The notes beneath the pieces are model-generated. The model did no database searches. It was not told the DNA's origin and saw only the letters and a program-made list of their open reading frames with translations. DNA of 64,000 bases, from the NCBI RefSeq assembly GCF_031769215.1, contig NW_026782437.1, forward strand, positions 186,001 through 250,000. Reading direction: 5' to 3'. The stretch is from Ylistrum balloti. Lineage: Eukaryota. The position numbers were made by a program, and so were the translations under genes. Of the stretch, positions 38,206-51,384 are shown in pieces (the stretch's first letter is position 1; each line of letters opens with the position of its first letter).

Positions 38206-39976
38206 AGGAACCAACATGCTTTGTATAGCTGTAACATTATTAAGATGTGATTGAAGGAACCAACAGGCTGCATAAAGACTGAAGCACTGTACATGTTTAC
38301 ACTGTCTTAACATACAAATAATAAAATAACATAAAAATTATGCATGCAATAGATAAGAAACAAAATTAAATTAAATATTTTTAAAATTAAATTCATCCTA
38401 AAAATGTTCTACAATTCAACTGATAAAAATAGTCTAAAGCAATATACACAGATAGGTATGTCTTATTAAATAGTAATTTCTTAATACATTATACAAGTAA
38501 ATCACAACTAAAGGTCAAGGTTAAATGACATGGACGTGATATATATTGGTACTAGGCTCTTGTTACATACTGTCATGTGAATCCTCAATGTTATCATAGT
38601 TGTTATGATCCAGATGGCTAATTAAGTTTGAAGGCGTAGTAAATTACACAGGAAACTGAATTTGGACCAAGACAAAAGACTGGTGCTTTAAAGTGAAACA
38701 GACTACAAAGTTTGGATTTGCAGAAATCAATGCAGAAACATGAAAAAATTAGACACTGATAATATTTCTCAAAAATTTGTTTTCAGATAAGGTATGGTAT
38801 TTAAAAATCTTAAATATGACTGATGATGAAGAAGCTTAATATACCTCATGTACTGTATTTTTATATTTCTTTTTTCTGAAATGTGTAATTTGAGTGTAAG
38901 CTGAAGGGGGTTCAACTTTGAAGCTGATAATACTATATGAAGTCATGAGAAGACTTCCTAAACTTCATAACTATCAATCCTCTCAGAGAATTGTCTGTCC
39001 AAAAAAAACTGACACATGACATATATCATGTCCAGTAACACGCAATCAACAGACCACAACCTTCCATTCATATCCAGGTACAGAACACATTATGCAAAAA
39101 ATACTGTAAATTAAAGAAATTAAAAAAAAGGCATAATATACAAGATTGAAAATGAGGAGTAAAATTTTATGCAATATTCATTACAGTGTATATCTATGAA
39201 TAAAAGTTCACTAAAAAAAGTTTCATTTGGAGATTAAAGGGTAACAATTCTAATATCACATACAGTGAAACCTGTCTATTAGGACCACATGAGCACACAC
39301 TTATTTGTTTTATCAATGACAACCAATTCATAAATACATGTATCACCTGAGTATTAATACCATATTTACCTCTTTCCCTTGAACGATCTTGACAGACAGG
39401 TTTTACCATAATTTATGCAGAACACCAGCCGGTGGATAGAAAAAGGCAAGACGACATACAAACTGGGTAGACACAAGCTTGGCTATGGCTTGCCGTCTAA
39501 AAACCCTAGGAATTTGTAACTACTAGCAACCATAATTAATCACAAGAAGCAGAATATTCAAACCTATCTCAGTAAAGTTGACAGGATTTCTGGGATAAAT
39601 TCATAGTCAACCTTCAAAAACATAGTATTCACATAATTCTATTATTTTTATATGGCTTGTTATCGTTTGTACACTTTCACACCTAAATGTACTGTGACTA
39701 TCCATCTATTACACCAAGCATCCTACATCATTTACAGTTTTACCACTGTATTTTATTAAAGCAAAAATGGAGATATACATGTATTCCATATGTTTGGAAA
39801 ATGCCAGAGTATATATACTCAAGGTAGATATCAAGCATCTTGGCACAAAGACTAAGTATAGTTTTATATACATGTTATAGGAATATTCATTTGGTTGCAT
39901 AAGAAGGAGATATATATTTTACATGTATATATATATATGTATATAATGACTGAAGATTTCATCAAAGGGAGATGAC

Positions 39977-42900
39977 TCATGAAGCATCAGTGGCGGCAGT
40001 AGATGATGGTAGAAGATCGGGGTCAAGAGATTCAGGAGCAGTCAACACATAAGGATCTGACTTATCTGGAGTAGAGCCTCTTGATGTGTAGGATTCTGAT
40101 TTGTCTGGTGTAGAACCTCGCCTCCGATGAGCTTTCTTTTCCTGTCTGTGGATTAACTTCATGCGATTTTGTGTCTGGGAAAAGAGAAAGAATGTCACCA
40201 CATTCATGATATCTCTATTTTACAGAAATATAATTCAAAATTTTTATGTTTAAACTGAATGCCTTTGGCCTCATGCAATATATCACACGGCCAATTAACA
40301 GCATCTTTGGTCAAATATTTATAAACACTAAACCGGAAGTAGTGACTAGCCAAAGGTTGCACATCTGGTCACTTTGAAAGCTAAGAGTTTATAATATTGT
40401 TGCAAACATTTCATAGCTTGTATTGGGGAGTAAAGTTTAAGAAAAAAATATCTGTTGATCGATGCATACAAAACGATGACTGAATATTGTGTGCCAGTTA
40501 TAAACACTAATGTACTGGTATGCCTATATTCACACACACAGAAAGATGGTATACAGTTGGTATATTTCAAAACTTGTTTATAATATAACTAATATCCACA
40601 ACATAATTACAAATGTTTACTTCATTTAGGAAGCCATTCTTCTCAATTTCTAAGAATAGAATATGTAATGACTACAGAAAAGCAGGTTGTTCATTGTTAA
40701 GATTCAAATTGTGTACAAGTGCCATTTAATAGAAGTAGAAGCTGATTCATCATTTTTAATCTGCAGATTAAGGCCCTGCTAATGATGTTAAGATATTTGA
40801 TCAAAATATATTCTTTCTTGTAAAAAAAAATCAAATGCTAATATATACTCATTATGTGTTTGTTTACAATAAATTTATCAAGCAGTTTAAACATTCACCA
40901 ATAATCTTATCAATTTAATGTCCATCAATTAACATGAAGGTGAGTATCTCTGTTTGACAGACAATATGCCAACACTCAGAAGTCCAAACGACTGGCCTTT
41001 CAGACAATTTTAGAGGGGAAAAAATGAGTCCGGACTATTGATAGTGTACTAAATATTCTGACAAAACGTTTATCAGTTGATTCTGCAGTTTCTCCTTATC
41101 TTTAATTTCTTTGTCTGTACAATTGATAGTCTACTTTTCTATACTTACCACTTCTTTAAGTTGATTCAGAAGTTTCCCCTTTTCTTTGTTTAATTTGTCT
41201 GTACAATTGATAGTCTACTTTTCTATGCACTTACCACTTCTTTAAGTTGATTCTGCAGTTTCTCCTTTTCTTTAATTTCTTTGTCTGTACAATTGATAGT
41301 CTACTTTTCTATGCACTTACCACTTCCTTAAGTTGATTCTGCAGTTTCTCCTTTTCTTTAATTTCTTTGTCTGTACAATTGATAGTCTACTTTTCTATGC
41401 ACTTACCACTTCTTTAAGTTGATTCTGCAGTTTCTCCTTTTCTTTGTTTAATTTATCTATTTCCTCATTATTTCGCTGTTTCTTTGTACTTGTCATTTCC
41501 AACAGAGCTATGTTTGCATCTTTCTCACTGATAGCTGCTTGTATAGCTTCTTGTCTGTAGAAAAGAATCAGTTAAAATTAGCTTTAATATCCCCTTGTTA
41601 TTTTGTATTTTAATCCAGCATTGAACTGTACTGATATGACATTTAATGACATCAACAGAACTTTATATTATGTTTTCTAATACAAAAAAAATGAGATCCA
41701 ACACCCGTGTGGACTGTTCTATTAATTTTCAGTAATCTTCCTAGCATGGATTCCTAAGGAATACACAAGTCCGGTACCAGTAATGTATAAACAATAAGTA
41801 TAGATGATCACACAACATTCAGGGAAGAGCTTCACCAGGCTTTAATGTTGACATGTTTCAGAATACTAGGTATCTGTCCTCAGAACAGGGCAACACTTCA
41901 AAATATAGGACTTATATAGTACCTCTGCCTAGCATCTACACATGTTTAAAGTTGATGCCATGTCATAGATATTATACAGAATACAATGATGTGATTTTTT
42001 TTGTGACATCATAATATAAATACATGAAGTGGAATTTCCCTAGATACTGTATTGCTACTTTATGTAGTTCAATATAAATAAACATAAACAGTAAATATGA
42101 TATAGATGTCTCCCCTAGGTATAGATGTACAAATATATATAACAGTTTCAACAGAAAGTGATAGATGAACATTCTTTGAAACTAGTATAAAGATGTCTCC
42201 CTGAGGTATAGATGTACAAATATATATACACAACAGTATAAACGGGTAAGTATTAGATGTACATTGCTGGTTATATGTTTTCTAATAGAAGTTTTCTTGT
42301 TATACAATATTTTTATAACATAGGCAATCTTATATCATATCTAGGGAAATACTTTACACACAATAATGTAAAACTTACTTCATTTCATACACCTCCTCCA
42401 GATGTTTGTGACGTTCTGACATCAGACGTTTGAGCTTATGGTCCTTCTCTTCCAGCTGCTTGTTCAGTAGAATCAGCTTCTCTGACTGTTCAAGGGACTT
42501 TTGTCTGTTGAGTTCTAGTGTGACCTCAGAAATCTGACAAAAACAAACAGACAAAAAGTTTAAAACAGTCCTTATTTGAAACAGATAACATTCTCATTGT
42601 TGTGCATGAAGTAATTTTCATATTGGTTTTTGTGTCACATTGCTCAATGCTATTAACAGATCATTCAGATACTGAAGGTTATGTTTATAGAAATGTATTA
42701 ACTCACAAAAAGCATGTATTTAAAAAACAAGACACATATATACTTTTCACTAAACTGTTGACAAATGATAAAAGTCTGAACTCTTTGACACTTTTAGCGA
42801 AACCAGCACTCAAAAATACCTTTTGAGTAATTTGAACTCTTCGATACCCTTTACATAACCTGAACATTCTGATACCTTTCCTTGTATGTAACTTTCACTC

Positions 42901-45900
42901 TTCAATACATTTACTTTTGTATAACTTGAACTCTCCAATACCTTTTCTTTTATAACCCAAACTCTTCAATACCTTTTTTTTTTTAAATATATAACTTAAA
43001 TTCTCCAATACCTTTAAATTCTTTTTTTTGTTTAGATAACCTGAACTCTTCAATACCTTTTCTTTTGTGTCATCCAGCTGAGCCTGCACTTCAACCATTG
43101 CCATCTCCCTTTCCGCTGTGATCTTCACACTTTCCTTCAATGCTTCCTCCAACTCCTCTATCCTGTCTGCCTGGGATACCAGCTTGTCCTGAAACAATCA
43201 ATGTGACTTGCAATAAGAGATCCTAGAGGGATCTTGGCGCCCACCATTGTTTGATCTCCATTTGCTCTTTGAAAGTTGGATCTTTTCCTTTTTTTCCTCT
43301 TCTTTTCTCTGTTTTTGCTCTTAATGATAAGAAATTTGAACATTCCTTTGCAGAAATAGTGATGATAATCTTTACCTGCCTAATCCAAGATTGTTGCCTG
43401 GAAGTGTTTTTGTTTTGTTTTTCACAATTTTTCTGATAATCCCCAAAATCAAACAGACACAAGTAAAGAGCAAAGGGAACATATGTATGAAATTTGAGAG
43501 ATATCCATTCAGTAGTTCTTCAGAAATAGGGATACCAATCTTTACTTATTGTCAGGGTGATTTGAATAGCCCACCATCTGATGTTGGTGGGCTAATAAAA
43601 AGTTCAACTTTCCACACAAATGCTTTGTCTGTAAAAGTATGAAAGTAAGTCTGTAACAAAAAAAACAAAAGATTTGTCTTCCTTTGGTTGGAATATATTT
43701 CCAACTATTACCTGTAGCTGGGTGGCATCATCACTAAGATCTCCCTCCCGCTTTCGTGCTTCTTCCAAAAGATGTGCACTTTTCTTCTTCTCAGCCTGTT
43801 TGTTCCTCTTCAGTGTGCCAACCTTTTGTTTGTACTCCTTGATGATGCTATAAGGAAAGGAATTAAAGTAAGTTCTGTGTCCCATATCAAGTAATATCCT
43901 ATGGATATCAGCACAGTCTTTAGTGCACAATACATTTTTTTAAGGCAAAAAGTCTTAAGTTCATAATATGTGAAACTTTCTATTTAAATGGTATTCAAAT
44001 CTGAGACAAATCTTTATCTATTAAGTCTATGTATGACCTTGCCATCAAATTCCAGTTAACCAGCTACTATTATGCTCTTAATTTGGTACAATCCGATTTT
44101 AGCACAGTATTAAATTTTGCTGTATAAATACAAAATGCAATCTAACAACAATACTTTCCAGACAATTTTAGAGTGCAATACTTGCAGTCCAAAACATAAT
44201 TTTAAATTAAGACAGCTAAACCATGTAAGTTTGCAGTATCTAATTAAGGTGGCTGAATAACTTGGGTTAAAATGCTTTTGATATGTTTATTCTAACAATT
44301 AAACAGTTGTAATGGTGACCTATCTTTAAGTGTTTACAGAACCAGACTTACTCCTGTAATTCGGTGATCTGGGCATCTTTATCAGACTTTTCTGCCTCCG
44401 CCTCCTTGACAATTCCCTGAAGACGATCTGCTTCAGCATGTGCCTTATTTACCTCATTACGAGCTTGTTCGAGCTGGGATGTCATCTCAGTTACTTGCCT
44501 CTCAAAGGACTCCAGATTCTTTGTTTCAGGAACACCCTTTTTGAGCTGTAAATCAACAAGGCAACCATGCCATAGTCAATTAGATAGAAACATCACATTT
44601 GTTTGAATCTCATCCTTATTTCAGATCCCCTCTATTTCTGACATGGATAAAGATGTATTCTTTCACCAATCTGATGCTGAATATCATTAAGGTACTTGAC
44701 TAGGAATACAAGAATACTTATGATGACTTGAAAAGTCTTCATGTCATTACTGGCTTCAGTATGGATTTAAATTGTACCTTGGTTACACACATCCGACATC
44801 CACATATTGGCCAACATATATATACACTGATTAATAAAAGCAAATATCATAATATGTAGTTTGCTCACTGAACACCATGAGAGGAACCTATCATTGCAAT
44901 CAAGATCAATTTGGGTAAAAGGTCTTGCCCAAGACACAACCACAATTTCTGAGAAACACAAACCACTGCTTGTGGGGAGCTTCAAGCCAAGTACCTCGTA
45001 TCTTAACCTCACTTTAAACCACTGGTGTCAAGGTCATAATTAATTCTGTTGTGATCAGAGTCAGTTTACCAGAACATCATCATCCATACACTTTGACCTT
45101 GACCTAGCTCTGTTCTCACCTCTTCCAGTTGTGTATCTAGTTCTTTCTGACGATCTCTCTTTGTTTGTAAATCATGATCTAGCTGTCGGACTTTGTTCTC
45201 CAACTGGAACTTCTCTTCACTAGCTACAGTTGCCTGCTCCCTCAGCTCAAACAGCTCAGTCTGCAATACCAAAGGTGTTTAATTTAGTCATATCTATACC
45301 ATACAGATATCTTTTATTCTAATCAAAGTCAAGAAGAGGAATAAGTTTCCAATTCAGATGAATTAAAATCTACATATAGCTCTACGTATTATCAAAAATT
45401 CTAATTGAAGGCCAATACATTTAATACCATAGCAATCAAAAGAAACTGTTTGTGGAGATATGCAGAGTTACTAAGAAACCAGCTCATTAAATGTCACTCT
45501 TAGTTCATTAAGACCTCAATGACAGCCATAGTACTAAAGTGTACCTGTTTATTGGTTAGCTCTAGCTGTAGATCATCTAGTCTTGCCTTCAGATTCTGGT
45601 TAGTTTTAATGTACATATCACATTCTTCTTGATGCTCCAAGTCAGTTTTCTCACGGAGGTCCTTTAATCTGTCACAATAAATGATACTTTCTATGCCTCA
45701 TTTCAATCATTTGTCTACCATAGTTAGAATATTTCATAAATAGCTGGCAAATACCAAGTTATAATATAAATCACAAAATTATAGAATTCAGAAATATTTC
45801 ACTTTCAAGGATTAGCCAAAGAGATTTCAGTTTTAATTAATGTTAATCTATCCCTTAAAAATATTTGAGCAATTTATGTACAATTTACTTCCAAACTATG

Positions 45901-48900
45901 CAGCTGATCACATGGCATATAAGTGTAAACTTCAATTCAAATCATATGACTTATCCTTTATACTACATAAACCAAACATACTTCTCTATTTGTCTGTCTT
46001 TATCATTCAGAGACTCTTCCATGGAGGAGATAGCACTGTCAGATGAGAAGGAATCCATGGCAACAGTAGCTGCTGCAGCCACAGACTTGAGACGCTGAAT
46101 CTCATCATCCTTATTATCTATGGATTCTTCCGCCACTTCAATCTTGAATTAAAACAGAATTTGTATTTATACTCATTGTATTCAGGGAATATTTTGCTAC
46201 GGTTTAACTTCTGGCCTTTTGTCAACACAGTGAAAATTAAACAGTCAAATTTTGTGGTAAAGATACAATATATGTTATTATGAATTTAGGACAAAATCAA
46301 CACTTGGAGAAGACAAATACTTTTTTTACTGCATTCATTTTTATGTAATCTTGTATAAACAGGAAATCTATATAATCCAGTCCTTTATCAACATCGAACT
46401 GTAAATATTTCTAGGTAACCCTGTATAATTTGGACACCTGTATAGCCGAGACCTGTAACTAGGTCCCACTATCTACATTTTTACATAACCCTGTATAATC
46501 TAGACACCTTATAAACCGGACCTTCAACTAGGCCCCATTTTAAACATTTCTCTAACCTGTTAGTCTTATTTATTTCAGATTTGTTACAAACTGAACTTGT
46601 ACATTATTAAACGCTGTGTCTTCCAAAGAATCAGAAATGGTTTATTTCATATTGCAGTCCTATGAAATATCTAATTAAACGGTATAATTTGGTTTGAAAG
46701 GCCATCAGATCATGTGACCTGGACAGTGTACCTTCCGTTGCAGCATACTGATCTTCCTGTCCTTGATCTCAATCTGGTCTTTAAGTTCCCCAATTTCACC
46801 CTCGATCTTCCTCTTCTCGGTTTGCAAGTTGTGGGAATGCTTGGCCTTTCTATCTATCGTGGAGTCTTTATCCTTTAAACGCTCTCGGAGATCTTCAATC
46901 TGTACAACACAAAATGTTATCAATTATTTTATAAAGTATCAATCTTGTTTGATAAAAACAAAGGGATCTCTCTACAAGGATACATTTTATCAGTTTCCAC
47001 ACAAGGCTTAACACCAGCGATTGAAATATTTTAAACTACATCACGAAGAAGTGTTCCTTGTTTTCTTTTAACATTTCATCATTGTTCATCCAAATATTGT
47101 TGAAGTAAACCAAATGAAAGTCATAATTAATGGTGCATGGAATGTAAAATGGCAATGACGTTTGTGAATTTTTTTCTTTTCCTATCTATCTTTTCTTTGG
47201 TTTCGGGTGAGACAACAAAGGTGAATATACATTATCATAACAATATTTCAACTTTTTTGCCTCTACCCATCCTGTTTTTTAGCACAAATCAAAATCTTCA
47301 TTTTTTATTTTCAAATGAACTGTGAGATCCTACACAAATTTATGGGCTTACATCTGCCTGCAACATGCTGATGTGTTTCTCCTTTGCACTGATTTGATCC
47401 TTGAGCAGATCCACATACTGAACCTGCTCTGTGTTCTGACTCTTTGATGCCTCAACCTTTAATTTCAGCCCAAGTATCTCTGTGTCTTTATTCGCCAAAT
47501 CCTTCTTAAGGTGTTCAATCTACAACAGTAAACCAAAATTTCGTTAAATTTCGAGCAGAGAAAATCCCGTAAGTATTTGTATTACAAGTATCACAAGGCA
47601 ATTTTCCCAGGTAAGTAATGACCTCTGAGGACTTTACAGGGCAAATATTCATTCTATTCCTTCATAAGAGAACAATTTAAATATTGCATGTTGTGTACTG
47701 TAAAATCCTGTATTTTCATGGGGCTCATGGGGGGAGGGGGATTCAAATTGTAATGAAGGTCTAAAACACACACAACTGTGGTTGCCCATTGTTACGTAAA
47801 CTGTCATTCATATTTGTGTAAATTTCACCATGGTAATATTATCATGTTACTCTCAAATGTCTCTGGTATACTTGGTGTTTGCACTGTTCTACTTTTTTTA
47901 CCTTAAAATTTATATTTACCATATAGCTGGTAGTTTTCTTTGGTCAAAACTTACACTTTCACCCCTTTAGAAAAATCAAATTACATTTTCACTACAGGGT
48001 AATTAAAATTTCATGATTGGATGTAAAAGAACATCTAATACACATTATTTCCTGTAATAAATTTTTGCTATCACATTTCCTATCCCTATGAAAATAAGCA
48101 GCTATACACATTATTCCCTAATTCCAATATTGTCCTGTGTGCAATGGCTGAAACAATAATAATTTCAATTTGTAAAAATAGTACAATGTCAATGGTTCAC
48201 CTCATTCCTCAGAGACTTTTCCTTGCTGGACAGAGAATCTTTCAGACTACCATCCTTTTTCTGGCTCTCCGTTGTTCCGGTTCCTTCCTCCTGGAGCCTC
48301 ATCAGTTTGTCCTCTAGACTCTGTACCTCCCTCTCTAGTGCTAAAATCCTTCCATCCTGTCATAGCAACAATATCAAGTGGGTATTGGAATAAAGAAATC
48401 TTAACCTCATGCAGGTAATGAAATAAGAAAATCTGAACCTGATATCTAAACCCCAAGTTGGTGAGAGTATTGATATCTTGACTCCAAATTTGCCTCATGT
48501 TCATTTTACCCTCTTAGATCTTATAAAAGGGAACAGGGTTTATAAGAGTAACAAATTAAATTGCCCTCCATGTTCATGGAATACTAGGGCAAAAAGGTGT
48601 ACAATTCACATAGATCAATACAGCCAAAAAAGGATTTTGATAAATTATGAATCCATTCTATATGTAATGTAGTTATCAAATCCCATTGGAGATATCAGTA
48701 TTTACTAAGATTTAATTAAATTCTATCAATCAATGTTACTGATTTATCTCCCTTTGTGTAGTATAGTCAATATGGTCACATTTACACGATACATAGACTT
48801 TTCAGTGTTTTCCTTTTTCTATGAAACTAGTGATATCTGAGATTGTTGAGACTCAAATATTTCACTCCGAGACCCCACTATATCTCTTTGTAACTGGACT

Positions 48901-51384
48901 CATCAAATTTTTGGAAATGGTGCTCTGGATTCACCAGAAAAAATCCTACAAAAATTACTGGGCAAGGTGTTCCCATCTATAATGTATCTAGATAGGATAG
49001 TGTTCCAATTTCATCAATATCAGGGATATTGCTTATATAACAGTGAGCTACAAGTCTTAAATTTCACCAATAACAGGGGTTTTGTGTCCTCATTCAGGGG
49101 TAATGGGAAACATTGCTCCTCGTTGAAAATTTTTTTACATACTTTCCTCCATGTTAAAATTTGAAGCCGTGGTGATCCTTGCAGTAAAATGACCTAAAGA
49201 GCTACCTTGGCCTTCGATAGGCTTTTGTGAAATGGTGATTACCTTGGCTTCCAGCATGGCTTGCATAGTATGTGTGCTGGCTGGTTGCTGTTTCAACTGG
49301 ACCTTAATCTGTTCCAATTCATCTCGCAGGTGGCTGTTTTCCTGAAATTAATATAATACATGTAACAACATTTACTTTAAAGAAAGAGCTCATCTTCAAC
49401 TATGAAATCCAACTAAATAATATTAATATGTCACGACTAAAAAATATCTACCTGACCTTAAGACATGTCAGCCAAAACTTACAATTTTGTTAAGATAAGA
49501 AAAAATAAGATCTTTTTGACACTGTAAGGTCAGAATATATTTCATATGAACCGATGTCTCTGAGACAAATTTATAATTTTACCTCTTTCGACTCAGTGAG
49601 ATCTCTCTCTCTATGACCAAGTGTAGACTGTAGTTGTCGAACCTTTCTTTCACCTTCGATGACTGATGTTTGTAATTTTTCCATTTCTTGTCGTTCAGCT
49701 TCTATCTTTTGGGCAGAACTAGACAATCCCTTGCTTTGTAACATTTCTAACAATTTTTTAATACTTTCATCTCTCGCGGATAATGTCTGCTTTTGTGTTT
49801 CGATTCGAATCTCCATTTCTTCCACTGTCTTTTTCAGGATCACAATCTCTTTGGATTGTTTGTCTTTTTCCCGTTGTAAAATTTCGATTTCTTGTTGTGA
49901 TATTTGACGACTGACATCAACATCTTCACATCCAAACAGCTTTGACTCCAAATCCTTGATGGTAGATGATTGTTTCTGTACAAAAAAAATGATAAATTGA
50001 AAACATTTTTACAGTATCTTTTATTTGAAAATAATGAACAAATATAATACACTGGGTAATAGGTTGGATCAAAATGTTTTCATCTATTTCCACTTCACAT
50101 CTATCCTGCACCATTTCTTAAACATTTACCACCCTAAAGACCTATGGGTTTTCTTTGAAATTAATTTTCACTTTGATTTGAGAATAACATCAGTAACATT
50201 ATAATGTAGCTTATAGGCTAACACTCTAATTAAATGTTCTATTGTGACCCAAATTGTGCATCTGGGGCTTCAAAAGAATTTGGATGTATCTTTATGAATG
50301 TGGATAGCTAATTCAAAACATCTAATTAAAAGCTACTGTTTAACATGAGTTTTGCAATGTATTGTAAAAATATGTCGTATTAAACCATATTAATCACCTT
50401 GAATTCTGCTTGTGCTACCTTCAATTGTTCATTCAACAAGCAATATTTGGCACTTTCTTCTTTTCTTAACGCTCTCTCCTTTTTCAATTCAGGACTCCAA
50501 AATGTTTTAATGCTATTCATACTGGAACTCAGTTTATCCTTTGTAGAATCTAACTCCTGCTGCATTTTGGCACATTCTTTGTTCAAATCAGCTATTTGGG
50601 CTTGAAAATCTAATATCAAAGTATCCCTAAAACTTCTCATATCTTGGTCACGATAATGTTTCATTTCCTGAGAATTAAACAATTGTGTCGTATAATCTGG
50701 TCTCTCTGATGACCTTGATCTTCCAAAGGGCTGTTCTGAACGTTCCAACGACCTTGCACCCATGTGAGGGTATTCTCTATCTATGGACCTATCACATTTG
50801 TTATTCGCAGAAAAACCTAATGAAGATCTTGGACTTCCCGCAGGACTAATACCTATATCTCCTCGTGCAGAGAGTTGTAACCTATCTAAATTTCGTTCCA
50901 ATGATCGTTCACCCATGAAAAGTCCATGCTGGTGATCTCGTTCGTATCGATCCTTTAAAGCTCTTACATTAAGACTATTTGTATTACTGTTTGTAGGACT
51001 ACTGTAGGGACTTTTGGATGAGCTAGGTGATGGCATGGTGTTGGCGCTACCGATACCATCTACCATACTGTAGCTGGACCCATGATTCATACTGGGGTAC
51101 CCAGCTGTGAAGGACTGCATTGTCTCATTTGGAAGATTGATTGCACTATTAGATCCTTGGTTTCCTTGTTTCTTGTCATCTTTTGATCCACCAGAACTCC
51201 TCCTCGACCTGGAGAAAAGATTTTTCGGTAGAGAACCACTGAACAATTTATTACCGGACCCATGACTCGGACTCCTGTTATTTGCCTTGTCTGAACTATG
51301 TTGCTCGTTCGGTCTATCCTCTGGACTGTGTTCAGCCGAGGATGTCTGCGACTGGGAACGCTTCTTGGATTTACTTCGAAACAT
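39977..51384 (-). CDS. ERC1: ELKS/RAB6-interacting/CAST (ERC) active-zone coiled-coil scaffold, about 1119 aa. Exons 51384-50398, 49975-49583, 49341-49243, 48356-48201, 47519-47352, 46899-46732, 46142-45982, 45668-45545, 45260-45120, 44545-44352, 43847-43712, 43188-43057, 42533-42379, 41554-41407, 40174-39977
   Basis: Signature ERC motifs: ELDSTKDKLSSSMNSIKTFWSPELKKERALRKEE, IETQKQTLSARDESIKKLLEMLQSKG, RIEELEEALKESVKITAEREM, HLEEVYEMKQEAIQAAISEKDANIALLEM, TQNRMKLI. All 14 introns are GT-AG with consistent phases. The gene is co-orthologous to vertebrate ERC1/ERC2. Confidence 0.93.
41076..41455 (-). repeat. 84-86-bp tandem repeat made of the last 50 nt of ERC exon 14 plus 36 nt of intron including the GTAAGT donor
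   Basis: Unit starts (ctgtac) at 41115, 41199, 41285 and 41371. Donor copies lie at 41148, 41234 and 41320, with the native donor at 41406. Confidence 0.92.
42812..43065 (-). repeat. Degenerate 28-45-bp tandem repeat copied from the ERC exon 12 donor (AAG|GTATTGAAGAGTTCAGGTTAT)
   Basis: Donor-like copies at ~43012, 42973, 42942, 42908, 42876, 42848 and 42820, after the native donor at 43056. Confidence 0.8.
44911..45035. mobile_element. Probable CORE-SINE fragment
   Basis: ggtaaaaggtcttgcccaagacacaac resembles the CORE/MIR motif (tgacttgcccaaggtcacac), followed by a degenerate tRNA-like segment. Confidence 0.4.
46405..46560. repeat. About two copies of a ~75-bp intronic tandem repeat
   Basis: taaccctgtataat(t/c)t(g/a)gacacct..ata..c.gacct..aactagg(t/c)ccca occurs at ~46417 and ~46486. 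Confidence 0.6.
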
